From contig JACNGB010000020.1 of the NCBI GenBank assembly GCA_014384345.1, forward strand, positions 14,641 to 78,640: DNA of 64,000 nucleotides. Reading direction: 5' to 3'. The notes under the pieces were generated by a model. It did not search any database and was not told the origin of the DNA. It saw only the letters and a list, made by a program, of their open reading frames with translations. Position numbers and translations under genes: made by a program. Source of the stretch: Candidatus Thioglobus pontius (GTDB lineage: Bacteria > Pseudomonadota > Gammaproteobacteria > PS1 > Pseudothioglobaceae). The first letter of the stretch is position 1, and each line of letters begins with the position of its first letter. Below are positions 36,331-44,884 of the stretch, one piece after another.

Positions 36331-36366
36331 AACTATAAACGCCAGGCTTGCCTGGCGTTTATAGTT
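36331..36366. terminator. bidirectional terminator hairpin (16-bp perfect stem)
   Basis: AACTATAAACGCCAGG-CTTG-CCTGGCGTTTATAGTT. It lies between convergent genes and overlaps the last codons of the minus-strand DUF3147 ORF. Confidence 0.7.
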
Positions 36367-36709
36367 TGATACCGTAGTAGTTTAAAATACTAATCATCAG
36401 CCAATAGCAAACAATGGTAATGGCTATAGAAACACCAAGACTTAGATAAAAGTTAAGACCCTGTTTGAGTAACACCGGTAAAGAGATGAATAGTGCTAAT
36501 GAGGGTAATACCATCCAAAAGATGCCAGTTGACAAGCTGCTGATTTTTTCAATATCTTTGGTGTCGATATAAATCCACAGAATAGCCATGACAGAGATCA
36601 GCGGAATGGAGGCAACTAGGGCGCCAAAAAAAGAGCTGCGCTTTGAAATTTCCGATATGGTGACGATTAAGACGGCACTGATAACAACCTTTAAGAAATA
36701 ATAAATCAT
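36359..36709 (-). CDS. DUF3147-like small polytopic membrane protein
   Basis: 116 aa with four hydrophobic segments. ATGA overlap with the upstream kinase gene implies co-translation. Confidence 0.5.
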   Translation of the reverse strand: MIYYFLKVVISAVLIVTISEISKRSSFFGALVASIPLISVMAILWIYIDTKDIEKISSLSTGIFWMVLPSLALFISLPVLLKQGLNFYLSLGVSIAITIVCYWLMISILNYYGIKL

Positions 36710-37998
36710 AGCGACAGAGTGATTTGTGTGCCGCTACCCATTTCAGAATGCAATGAGAGTTGCCAACCTTTTTGAGTGGCGATCTGATCAACAATAGCCA
36801 ACCCTAATCCAGTGCCACCACTATTGCGATTACGTGAAGATTCCAATCGATAAAAAGGCCTGAATATTTTCACCTGATCTTCAGGGGCAATACCAGACCC
36901 TTGGTCGCTAATTACAATGGTTAGTGAGTCGCCTAATGTCTGCCATGAGACACTTACAGGCTGATCGTTACCATAGCGTAATGCATTTTCGATTAAGTTA
37001 GACAGCACCCGGTGCAAGGCTGACAGATGTGAATTGATTGTACTGTCTAGATCGCCCATTAGTTTAACAACTTGATGTTTAGATGGATTTAATTCAGCAA
37101 TAATACGAGTCAATAAGGCGTGCAGGTTGATCAGTTCAAGCTCGCTATTTTCAAGCCCTTTTGTCAATTGCATATATTCAGCAATAATCAATTCCATATT
37201 AGCAATAGAATGTTTGAGTTCGTTGCGTAATTCAAGATCAACGCCTTCTGGCAACATTTCTAGCGCCATTCTCATGCGCGTTAATGGGGTGCGTAAGTCA
37301 TGAGAAATGCCACCTAATAGCACGGTACGATTTTCTAAAAGGTTTTGAACATCAGTTGACATTTTGTTAAATGCCTTAGCGGTTTGTGCTAATTCTTTTG
37401 GGCCGTCTTCCGGTAATATTTTAGGCACGTTGCCACGGCCAATAATGCCAGCAGCTTCTGATAACCGTTGAATCGGCCTGGTGAGTTTTTTAACTAAAAT
37501 TAAACTGCTGAGAGTGGCCATAATGGCTAATATTGATAATAAATATAGCGCTACTGAAGGCAGTGCAACGCCAATTCTTTGTTGATCAAAACCAAGTCTC
37601 ACAGATTCTCCAGCAATATTGATGTCGACCCAGTGGCGGTTTACATTGCCAACTTCGGGCGCAATATCGACCGCTGATCCAAGATTTTTAGAAAGGTGAT
37701 TTTCCATGAAACTAAAATGAGGCTTAAGATGTATATGTTCAGCAAGCTGCTCCTTGCCAGTGCCCCAGAATAGTTGATGGCTTTTTGACAGCTCATTGAT
37801 AAAATCTTGTCTTGTTTCTGGTGGCAGCTCAACATAGGTTTTGGCAGATAGGTGGATGAGAGAAGCTAAATCTTCAGCATTTCTTTTACCCACAGGTAGA
37901 ATAATAAAATAACCGGCAATGGCAATGGTTGCAACCAAAAATGCCAGCATGGTGCTGGTAACAATTAACGAGGTTCGTCCAAATAAAGTTTTAGTCAT
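36706..37998 (-). CDS. EnvZ-like sensor histidine kinase (paralog 2)
   Basis: Same architecture as 31935-33251. H-box GGISHDLRTPLTRMRMALEML is close to E. coli EnvZ. G-box GGTGLGLAIV. Confidence 0.88.
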   Translation of the reverse strand: MTKTLFGRTSLIVTSTMLAFLVATIAIAGYFIILPVGKRNAEDLASLIHLSAKTYVELPPETRQDFINELSKSHQLFWGTGKEQLAEHIHLKPHFSFMENHLSKNLGSAVDIAPEVGNVNRHWVDINIAGESVRLGFDQQRIGVALPSVALYLLSILAIMATLSSLILVKKLTRPIQRLSEAAGIIGRGNVPKILPEDGPKELAQTAKAFNKMSTDVQNLLENRTVLLGGISHDLRTPLTRMRMALEMLPEGVDLELRNELKHSIANMELIIAEYMQLTKGLENSELELINLHALLTRIIAELNPSKHQVVKLMGDLDSTINSHLSALHRVLSNLIENALRYGNDQPVSVSWQTLGDSLTIVISDQGSGIAPEDQVKIFRPFYRLESSRNRNSGGTGLGLAIVDQIATQKGWQLSLHSEMGSGTQITLSL

Positions 37999-38711
37999 GC
38001 CCCGCTATCTCCATTCGGGGTAAAGCGATAACCCACACCTCGCACTGTACGAATAAATTGAGGCTTGGCAGGATTGGGTTCAATTTTTTTACGCAGGCGG
38101 GTAATACGCACATCAATAGATCGATCAAACGGATCACGATCTATGCCAGCCAATTCATCCAAGATAAAATCACGACTAATGGGATGATTTGGATTGCTAA
38201 TAAACAACTGTAACAATTCACTATCTGCATAGCCTAGAGTTATTTCTTGATCGTGATGATGCAAAATAAGCGACTCTTTGTCAAATAGGTAAGGGCCGAA
38301 TTTGAACAACTCTCCATCCAGCGGCTCAGCAGCAGTGTTGTAATTTACCCTTCTTAATAGTGCATTAATTCGAGCCAGTAGTTCACGTGGGTTAAAAGGT
38401 TTGGCCAGATAGTCATCTGCGCCAATTTCAAGACCAATGATTCGGTCGATGTCTTCGCCTTTGGCGGTCAACATTATGATGGGAATATTAGAGGTGCTTC
38501 GTAATCGTCTGGCAATGGATAGACCATCTTCTCCCGGCAACATTAGGTCAAGCAGAATCAAGTCAGGTGTATGGTTGCCAAGCCATTCATCCATTTGCAC
38601 CGCGTCAATTACACTATGGGGCATAAACCCCTGTTCGGTTAAGTAGCGTTCTAACATGCGACAAATGCCAGGGTCATCATCAACAATTAAAATTGTTTTT
38701 TCAATATTCAT
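37995..38711 (-). CDS. OmpR-family response regulator (paralog 2)
   Basis: The receiver domain is nearly collinear with E. coli OmpR (LERYLTEQGF...LLDLMLPGEDGLSI.RRLRS...GLEIGADDY..KPFNPRELLARI). The DNA-binding domain is closer to paralog 1 (DRDPFDRSIDV..RLRKKIE). Confidence 0.9.
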   Translation of the reverse strand: MNIEKTILIVDDDPGICRMLERYLTEQGFMPHSVIDAVQMDEWLGNHTPDLILLDLMLPGEDGLSIARRLRSTSNIPIIMLTAKGEDIDRIIGLEIGADDYLAKPFNPRELLARINALLRRVNYNTAAEPLDGELFKFGPYLFDKESLILHHHDQEITLGYADSELLQLFISNPNHPISRDFILDELAGIDRDPFDRSIDVRITRLRKKIEPNPAKPQFIRTVRGVGYRFTPNGDSGA

Positions 38712-38750
38712 GGGCCTGATTATACGTCAGCACATGTCATTAGGGCGCTG

Positions 38751-38781
38751 GTTACAATTGGTAACAAACCGTTACCAATTG
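38751..38781. promoter_or_regulatory. operator-like array: GTTACA / GTAACA / GTTACC at exact 10-bp phasing, containing an 11-bp inverted repeat
   Basis: Half-sites start at 38751, 38761 and 38771. CAATTGGTAAC (38755-38765) and GTTACCAATTG (38771-38781) are perfect reverse complements. The array lies 40-70 nt upstream of the regulator gene. Confidence 0.45.
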
Positions 38782-38891
38782 ATTTATTGGGGAAATGCGG
38801 TGGTTACATTGACGCCTTATACTGAGCCCAACTTGAAGAGACTTTTACATAAATATGAATAATTATTAAGACACCATCTTTCATCAACTTG

Positions 38892-38908
38892 GAAACATTT
38901 TAAAAACA
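38892..38908. promoter_or_regulatory. OmpR-type half-site pair GAAACA-N5-AAAACA upstream of the 39034 operon
   Basis: 11-bp phased half-sites about 125 nt upstream of the ATG at 39034. Additional GTTACA (38803) and TTTACA (38844) lie upstream. Confidence 0.35.
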
Positions 38909-39033
38909 CCCTTAGTCACACTAGGAGTGGATTTAAAAAATTCCCAATTTAATAAAATCTGGCATTTTGATAATCGTCCCTATCTATGCAAAGATCTCTT
39001 TAAAAAATAATTTAACAACTACGGAGTAATAAT

Positions 39034-39543
39034 ATGAAAAAAATCACTAAAGTTTTAGCATTATCAACAGCGCTATTAGGCGCTTATGCGGCACAAGCAC
39101 ATGTTGCTAATCATCAACATCAGCATGGCGACTTATACAATAAAGTTCAAGCCATGTCGCCAGCTGATCAGTCTGAATTTAGACAAATGATGCACAACAA
39201 CATGGATAAATTAAGCCCTCAAGAGAGACAAGTTTTTAAAGATAGAATGAGAGCTTCTCAAGGATTTGGCCCAGGTGATGAGCATAATATGCACAGAAGG
39301 TCAGATGCGCAACAGACGGTAAATTCTATGACAACTATGGAGCGTGCTGGGTTTTTCAACATGATGCAAAACAACATGAGAAATATGACAGACATGGAAA
39401 GACATGCTTTTTTTGATTACATGGGCTTTGATGACAAGGCTAGACATGAAACTATGAAGCGTCTTGGTATCAAGCATCAAAAGCAAGAGCATAAGTCACA
39501 CAAGGGCTGCAATACAAATTATAAGCATCACGATAACAATTAA
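39034..39543 (+). CDS. periplasmic Met/His-rich repeat protein (CpxP/ZraP-like LTXXQ-type repeats)
   Basis: Signal peptide. His-rich ends (HVANHQHQHGD; HQKQEHKSHKGCNTNYKHHDNN). Four copies of an (M/L)(S/T)xx(E/D)(R/Q)xxFxxxM unit. Confidence 0.6.
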   Translation: MKKITKVLALSTALLGAYAAQAHVANHQHQHGDLYNKVQAMSPADQSEFRQMMHNNMDKLSPQERQVFKDRMRASQGFGPGDEHNMHRRSDAQQTVNSMTTMERAGFFNMMQNNMRNMTDMERHAFFDYMGFDDKARHETMKRLGIKHQKQEHKSHKGCNTNYKHHDNN

Positions 39544-39558
39544 TAAGGAGATATAACA

Positions 39559-40011
39559 ATGAAAACAATCAATCAATTACTGATTATTTCAACGTTGACA
39601 TTGAGTGCTCAAATAACGCAAGCACATATAGTTGATGGTGTTGAACATACGCACGAAGCACGCAGTCACTTCCAAACAATGTCTGCTACTGATGGTTTGA
39701 ATTTTAGAAATGAAAATCAGGGTAATATGGGGTTGATGTCAGCTGAAGAAAGAGAAGCATTCATGGTTGAAATGAACAACGGCGCCAATTTAAACAGGTC
39801 AAATCAAAACGGTATGCGTGCTCAAATGCAATCCATGTCAACAGAGGATAGACAAGCTTTTAGAGATAACATGCAATCTATGTCAACTGAAGATAGACAG
39901 GCCTTTAGAGATAGCATGGGCGGTGGACAAAATGGCATGGGCGGCATGGGTCAGGGTATGCACGGCGGATCTCAAGGCGGTGGCTATGGCCGTGGTTATG
40001 GCAGACGATAG
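39559..40011 (+). CDS. periplasmic Met-rich repeat protein with Gly/Met-rich tail (ZraP-like flavour)
   Basis: Signal peptide. MS(A/T)E(E/D)R(E/Q)AF repeats. C-terminal GGGQNGMGGMGQGMHGGSQGGGYGRGYGRR. Confidence 0.6.
   Translation: MKTINQLLIISTLTLSAQITQAHIVDGVEHTHEARSHFQTMSATDGLNFRNENQGNMGLMSAEEREAFMVEMNNGANLNRSNQNGMRAQMQSMSTEDRQAFRDNMQSMSTEDRQAFRDSMGGGQNGMGGMGQGMHGGSQGGGYGRGYGRR
39826..39915 (+). repeat. 2 x 45-bp in-frame tandem duplication (MQSMSTEDRQAFRD[NS])
   Basis: Units 39826-39870 and 39871-39915 differ at 6 positions. Five of these are synonymous third-position changes. Confidence 0.9.
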
Positions 40012-40020
40012 AGGTGAATA

Positions 40021-40515
40021 ATGAATAAATTAATTGCAACAGGATTAGTTGTTTTATCAACGACATCGATAGCCTTTACGGACACTGCAGAGGTGCTTAA
40101 GGTTGAGAAAGTTTTTAAGACGCAAACCTTTCAAATGCCTTATGAATCCTGCTGGACTGAAGAGGTGCCAGTTTATTCAAAAGGTGGCGATGACTCATAT
40201 ACGGATGAAATTTTTGGTGGCATATTAGGTGGTGTTGTAGGCAATCAACTGGGCAGTGGCCGAGGTAATAAGGCCATGACTGTCGCAGGCACCTTGTTAG
40301 GCGCATCAATTGCGAGTGACAACAGTCGTTCAACTGGTGGTAAAGTGGTTAGTTACCGACAAATTGAGCATTGTGAAACTAAATACAAGCAAGAGCTCAA
40401 AGAGCGCCTTGATTATTATTTGGTTTCCGCTAAGTTCAATGAGCGAGAATTTACCTTTAAATCAACTACATTGCCAGGTTCGACTGTGAAAGTCACGGTA
40501 ACGCCTGAGCAATAA
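40021..40515 (+). CDS. glycine-zipper (Rick_17kDa/SlyB-like) envelope protein
   Basis: Signal peptide without a lipobox Cys. FGGILGGVVGNQLGSGRGNKAMTVAGTLLGASIAS glycine zipper. Confidence 0.6.
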   Translation: MNKLIATGLVVLSTTSIAFTDTAEVLKVEKVFKTQTFQMPYESCWTEEVPVYSKGGDDSYTDEIFGGILGGVVGNQLGSGRGNKAMTVAGTLLGASIASDNSRSTGGKVVSYRQIEHCETKYKQELKERLDYYLVSAKFNEREFTFKSTTLPGSTVKVTVTPEQ

Positions 40516-40525
40516 GGAGTATTTA

Positions 40526-41056
40526 ATGAAACGTTATCATCCATTTTTAGTTAGCCTTCACTGGATCTTAGCTATTGCTATAGGCGCATGGTTGCTAATG
40601 GGTAGCAATACCCTGAGCGAAATGCCTAATGCTGATCCTGAGAAAATTGGATCCTTGAAAGTTCATATGGCGGTTGGTATTGGTATATTGGTATTCATGT
40701 TGGTGCGTTTGATTGTGCGTTTGCGCAGCAAGAAATTAACACCCATTAATGCTGACACGGTTGTAATCAATAGGGCCAGTACTTTTGGGCAATATGCGCT
40801 ATACACGGTGGCGATCTTAATGTCAGTAAGCGGTATTGTTACTGCACAAATTGCAGGCTTGGGCGACATTGTATTTTTTGGCTCAGGTACGCCTTTGCCA
40901 GAGACTTTCGAAGGCATTGTGCCTTTAGTGGCACATGAAGTGCTTAGTGTGATTTTAATGTTATTGGTGGCAGGTCATGTTTTAGCGGCGCTATATCATC
41001 AGTTCGCATTAAAAGAAAAGCTATTTACTCGTATATGGTTTGGCGATAGACAATAA
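40526..41056 (+). CDS. cytochrome b561 (CybB family)
   Basis: YHPFLVSLHWILAI N-terminus, four TM segments and conserved His pairs (HW..., HMAVG, HEV..., AGHVLAALYH). Confidence 0.8.
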   Translation: MKRYHPFLVSLHWILAIAIGAWLLMGSNTLSEMPNADPEKIGSLKVHMAVGIGILVFMLVRLIVRLRSKKLTPINADTVVINRASTFGQYALYTVAILMSVSGIVTAQIAGLGDIVFFGSGTPLPETFEGIVPLVAHEVLSVILMLLVAGHVLAALYHQFALKEKLFTRIWFGDRQ

Positions 41057-41185
41057 ACCATTATTTATTCGTACACAGAATTGCAGCTTTTCAATTCTCC
41101 CTCTTTGTTTTAAGCTGTAATGTTGAATCTGTGAACGGGATTCGTTGCCCTAAGCAACCCTTATTAACCTAAAAAAAAGAATATC

Positions 41186-41629
41186 ATGAAACAATTAAAG
41201 CTAATGATTATTTCAGTGTTGTTGACGTTGACGGGTGTAACAACTGCAGATAGTGACAGTGTAGATAAGCGCCAAACTATTCATCTAGATGATGAAGAGC
41301 GCAATATCGTATTAACCGAAATGCGAACATTTTTATCAACAATACAACAGATAACACAAGGTATTGTTAATGAGGATTTGGGCAAAGTTTCAAGTGCTGC
41401 TAAAGCCATGGGTAATGATGCCTCTGGCGGTGTACCTTTATCATTAATATTTAAACTACCTTTTGATTTTAAATTACTGGCTGCTGACACGCATCAAAAA
41501 TTTGACCAAATTGCACTAGATGCTGATTCGCTTGCTGATCGAGACCATGCGTTGGAACAAGTAGCGGTTTTAATGCAGAATTGTGTGGCGTGTCATGCGC
41601 TATATCGTATAGAATTAGAAGACGATTAG
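41186..41629 (+). CDS. periplasmic class II (cytochrome c'-like) haem protein, paralog of 34171-34782
   Basis: Signal peptide. A single CVACH motif lies 11 residues from the C-terminus. It aligns by eye with the C-terminal half of the 34171 product. Confidence 0.55.
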   Translation: MKQLKLMIISVLLTLTGVTTADSDSVDKRQTIHLDDEERNIVLTEMRTFLSTIQQITQGIVNEDLGKVSSAAKAMGNDASGGVPLSLIFKLPFDFKLLAADTHQKFDQIALDADSLADRDHALEQVAVLMQNCVACHALYRIELEDD

Positions 41630-41663
41630 TTTTATAGTTATCCATAAATAAAGGGGAAGTTGT

Positions 41664-44078
41664 ATGAATTGGCGCCATCGAGCTGAAAGAAAATTTGAAC
41701 ATTTTTCAGATGTTATTTTTGATCATAGTAAAAAAACCATCAGTGTTATTTTGCTAGTTGTGTTCGCCTTTGCAACACAATTACCGTCTTTAACAATGGA
41801 CACTTCGACCGAAGGTTTTTTACATAAAACTGACCCAATGCGTGTTGCTTATGATGAATTTCGAGATCAGTTTGGTCGCGATGAAAAGTTGTTGGTTGCC
41901 ATTAAAACAACTGATGTTTTTGATCTGAATTTTCTAAAAAAATTAGAAAAACTTCATAAAAAACTTGAGGCGGAGTTGCCGTATATTACAGACGTTAACT
42001 CACTTATTAATGCCAGAAATACCTATGGCAATCAAGAGAGTTTGATTGTTGAGGATTTGTTTGAAGAGTTGCCAATAAATCAAGCAGACATCGATCCACA
42101 AAAACAACGTGCACTTAACAACCCATTATTCGAAAATTTACTCTATAGTAAAGATCAAACCTTTACGACCATAGTGATTGATACACAAACCTATTCTTCT
42201 TTTGATGAGCAAGGCAATAAGATTGTTGTTGAAGAAGAGGATGAGTTTGCAGACGATGATCCACGTGAAACACCCAAACTTTATTTGTCAGATCAAGAAA
42301 ATACCGAAATTGTTAAAAAGACACAAGCGATTATTAAGGACTTTATTGCTGACGATTTTCAGATTTACTTAACAGGTTCAGCGGTGATTGCCGGTACATT
42401 AAAACAAAGCATGCAAGCAGATACCAAGAGCTTTGTGCAAAAAATGGTGATTGCCATCATTGTTGTTTTGGCACTACTCTTTAAAAGAGTCTCTGGTGTA
42501 TTCTTGCCATTATTGGCGGTTACCTTTACTATTTTAGTAACGCTATCAATGATGGCAATGACAGGCACACCATTTACCATTATTACTCAAATTATGCCGT
42601 CATTTTTACTGGCTGTGATTACCGGTGGTGCCATCCACTTGCTAGCAATTTTTTATAAAGATTTGTCTAAAACCCAAGATAGAAAAACTTCCCTGCGTTA
42701 TGCAATGGGGCATTCTGGATTGGCCATTGTCATGACTTCATTAACAACAGCGGCAGGCTTGTGGTCATTCTCATTTTCAGAGTTATCGCCCGTTGCAGAT
42801 CTAGGTGTATTTGCCAGTAGCGGTGTCATGATTGGTTTATTGTTTAACTTGGCATTGTTGCCGGCACTTATTGCTATCATGAAGATTAAGCCGCATACTA
42901 CCAAGGAGGATGCGCAAGAGCATACTCTGATGGACACCGTGCTATTAAACATAAGTCGTATTTCAACCGGCTACCCAAAGGCGATTATTGCTGTTAGTAG
43001 TCTGATGATTGTTGTGGCCATCTTCTTTGCCTCGCAATTGAGATTCTCACACTTTCCATTAGAATGGTTTCCCGAAACTCATGAATCACGAGTGGCCACA
43101 GAGGTGGTAGATGACAAGCTTAAAGGCTCTATTACCCTGGAAATAATTATCGATACAGGCAAAGAAAATGGCTTGTACGACCCAACAGTTCTAAACAAAA
43201 TTGAGAAGGCGAGTCTCTATTTAGACAGTATACAAACTGATACCTATTTCGTTGGAAAAACACTCAGTTTGGTTGATGTGCTTAAAGAAACCAATAAAGC
43301 ACTTAATGAAAATAGAGCTGAGTTTTATACTATTCCACAAGACAAAGACTTGATTGCTCAAGAGTTGTTTTTATTTGAAAACAGCGGCAGTGATGATTTA
43401 CAAGATTTTGTAGATTCTAGTTTTTCTAAGGCGCGTATAACTGTTAAGGTGCCTTATATTGACGCACTGGAGTATAACCAGTTTATTACCCAAATTCAGG
43501 CTGAATTAGATCGGGAATTTAATGGCGTGGCAACTGTGCGATTAACGGGCATTACAACTTTATTGTCGGTGATTATGGAGAGCTCTATTAATTCCAGTGC
43601 AGTGAGTTATGTTATCGCATTTGGTTTGATTTCAGTTATGATGATATTGCTGATTGGTAATATCAAGATTGGCCTAATTAGCATGATTCCAAACATGTTA
43701 CCAATTTTATTCTTGTCAACGGTGATGGTTATTTTTGACATGCCGCTGGACATGTTTACTATGCTGATTGGTGCGATTGCCCTTGGTTTGGCTGTCGATG
43801 ATACCGTGCATTTTATGCATAATTTTAGGCGCTATGAGCTCGAATACAATGATGTTGATAAAGCGGTAAGACTCACATTAATGGGTACCGGAAGAGCCAT
43901 TGTGGTGACGTCACTGGTGTTGTCCGTTGGTTTTTTGGTGCTACTATTTGCCTCAATGAGTTCAATGTTTAATTTTGGCGTCTTGACTGCAACCGCAATT
44001 TTTATCGCGCTAATGGCTGACTTTTTCTTAGTGCCAGCCATCATGAAATTAATGATTCACAATAAAGGAGATTTGTAA
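41664..44078 (+). CDS. RND-superfamily exporter (COG1033/MMPL-like, two 6-TM bundles)
   Basis: 804 aa with two hydrophobic blocks separated by a soluble loop of about 200 aa. There is no adjacent membrane-fusion protein. Confidence 0.8.
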   Translation: MNWRHRAERKFEHFSDVIFDHSKKTISVILLVVFAFATQLPSLTMDTSTEGFLHKTDPMRVAYDEFRDQFGRDEKLLVAIKTTDVFDLNFLKKLEKLHKKLEAELPYITDVNSLINARNTYGNQESLIVEDLFEELPINQADIDPQKQRALNNPLFENLLYSKDQTFTTIVIDTQTYSSFDEQGNKIVVEEEDEFADDDPRETPKLYLSDQENTEIVKKTQAIIKDFIADDFQIYLTGSAVIAGTLKQSMQADTKSFVQKMVIAIIVVLALLFKRVSGVFLPLLAVTFTILVTLSMMAMTGTPFTIITQIMPSFLLAVITGGAIHLLAIFYKDLSKTQDRKTSLRYAMGHSGLAIVMTSLTTAAGLWSFSFSELSPVADLGVFASSGVMIGLLFNLALLPALIAIMKIKPHTTKEDAQEHTLMDTVLLNISRISTGYPKAIIAVSSLMIVVAIFFASQLRFSHFPLEWFPETHESRVATEVVDDKLKGSITLEIIIDTGKENGLYDPTVLNKIEKASLYLDSIQTDTYFVGKTLSLVDVLKETNKALNENRAEFYTIPQDKDLIAQELFLFENSGSDDLQDFVDSSFSKARITVKVPYIDALEYNQFITQIQAELDREFNGVATVRLTGITTLLSVIMESSINSSAVSYVIAFGLISVMMILLIGNIKIGLISMIPNMLPILFLSTVMVIFDMPLDMFTMLIGAIALGLAVDDTVHFMHNFRRYELEYNDVDKAVRLTLMGTGRAIVVTSLVLSVGFLVLLFASMSSMFNFGVLTATAIFIALMADFFLVPAIMKLMIHNKGDL

Positions 44079-44881
44079 TGAAAGGGTTATTTTTAATTAT
44101 TCTGAGCATGGTGCTGAGTGGCACCTCTGTTGCAGATAACAAAGCCAGAGAGATCATGGAGAAGGTAGACGCTAGAGACGATGGAGATAGTATGATCTCC
44201 ACCATGCAGATGACTCTGATTGATAAAAAAGGCAAACAGCGCAATCGACAAATGCGCACCTACTCGAAGGATATTAATGCCAATACTGAGCATAAAGCTA
44301 TTTTCTTCTTATCACCCAGCGACGTTAAAAACACGGCTTTTTTAACTTACGATTATAGTGATGACGACAAAGATGACGATCAATGGATGTACTTACCTGC
44401 CTTGAAAAAAACCAAGCGCATCCCTGCCAGCGATAAAGATTCTGCATTTATGGGTAGTGATTTTTCCTATGCAGATATGACGGATAAAGAGCTAGATGAC
44501 TACACATTTAAGCTAATTAAAGAAACTGTGGTTAAACGTAAAACGGGTAATGAAAAGGTGTGGGTTATTGAATCAACGCCGGTGAGTCAGGCGGTCATTG
44601 ATGAAACTGGCTATATTAAGAGCACCTTGTACATACGACAAGATAACCAAGTACTAACCCGTGCTAAGTTCTATCTTAAAAAAGCCAGCCGTATTAAATA
44701 TATGGATGTGTTGTCAATGAAAGAAATTGATGGCATTTGGGTTGCCATGCAAACTAAGATGACAACCAAACAGGGAAAGTCAACTCTACACAAAACCATT
44801 TTGTCTAATTCTGATGTACAGATAAATGTTGCGATTGATCCTGATACGTTTACCATTCGCAGTATTGAGAAAGGTCTTTAA
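44078..44881 (+). CDS. LolA-like outer-membrane lipoprotein-sorting family protein
   Basis: TAATG overlap with the RND gene. Signal peptide. REIMEKVDARDDGDS...MTLIDKKGKQRNRQMRTYSKD is typical of the LolA_like family found next to COG1033 exporters (from memory). Confidence 0.6.
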   Translation: MKGLFLIILSMVLSGTSVADNKAREIMEKVDARDDGDSMISTMQMTLIDKKGKQRNRQMRTYSKDINANTEHKAIFFLSPSDVKNTAFLTYDYSDDDKDDDQWMYLPALKKTKRIPASDKDSAFMGSDFSYADMTDKELDDYTFKLIKETVVKRKTGNEKVWVIESTPVSQAVIDETGYIKSTLYIRQDNQVLTRAKFYLKKASRIKYMDVLSMKEIDGIWVAMQTKMTTKQGKSTLHKTILSNSDVQINVAIDPDTFTIRSIEKGL

Positions 44882-44884
44882 TTG

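Noticed and set aside
36228-36338. The TAG stop of the DUF2892 gene is followed in frame by 35 sense codons (LAIIVLPVATTLLSLSGQVVISTGFATLSGSRIKL) in a GC-richer stretch, ending at the terminator hairpin. This could be read-through or a decayed longer gene.
   Set aside because: The DUF2892 domain is already complete at the TAG. An open run of 35 codons is not improbable by chance, and I know of no suppression mechanism here. It is worth only a glance in comparative alignments.
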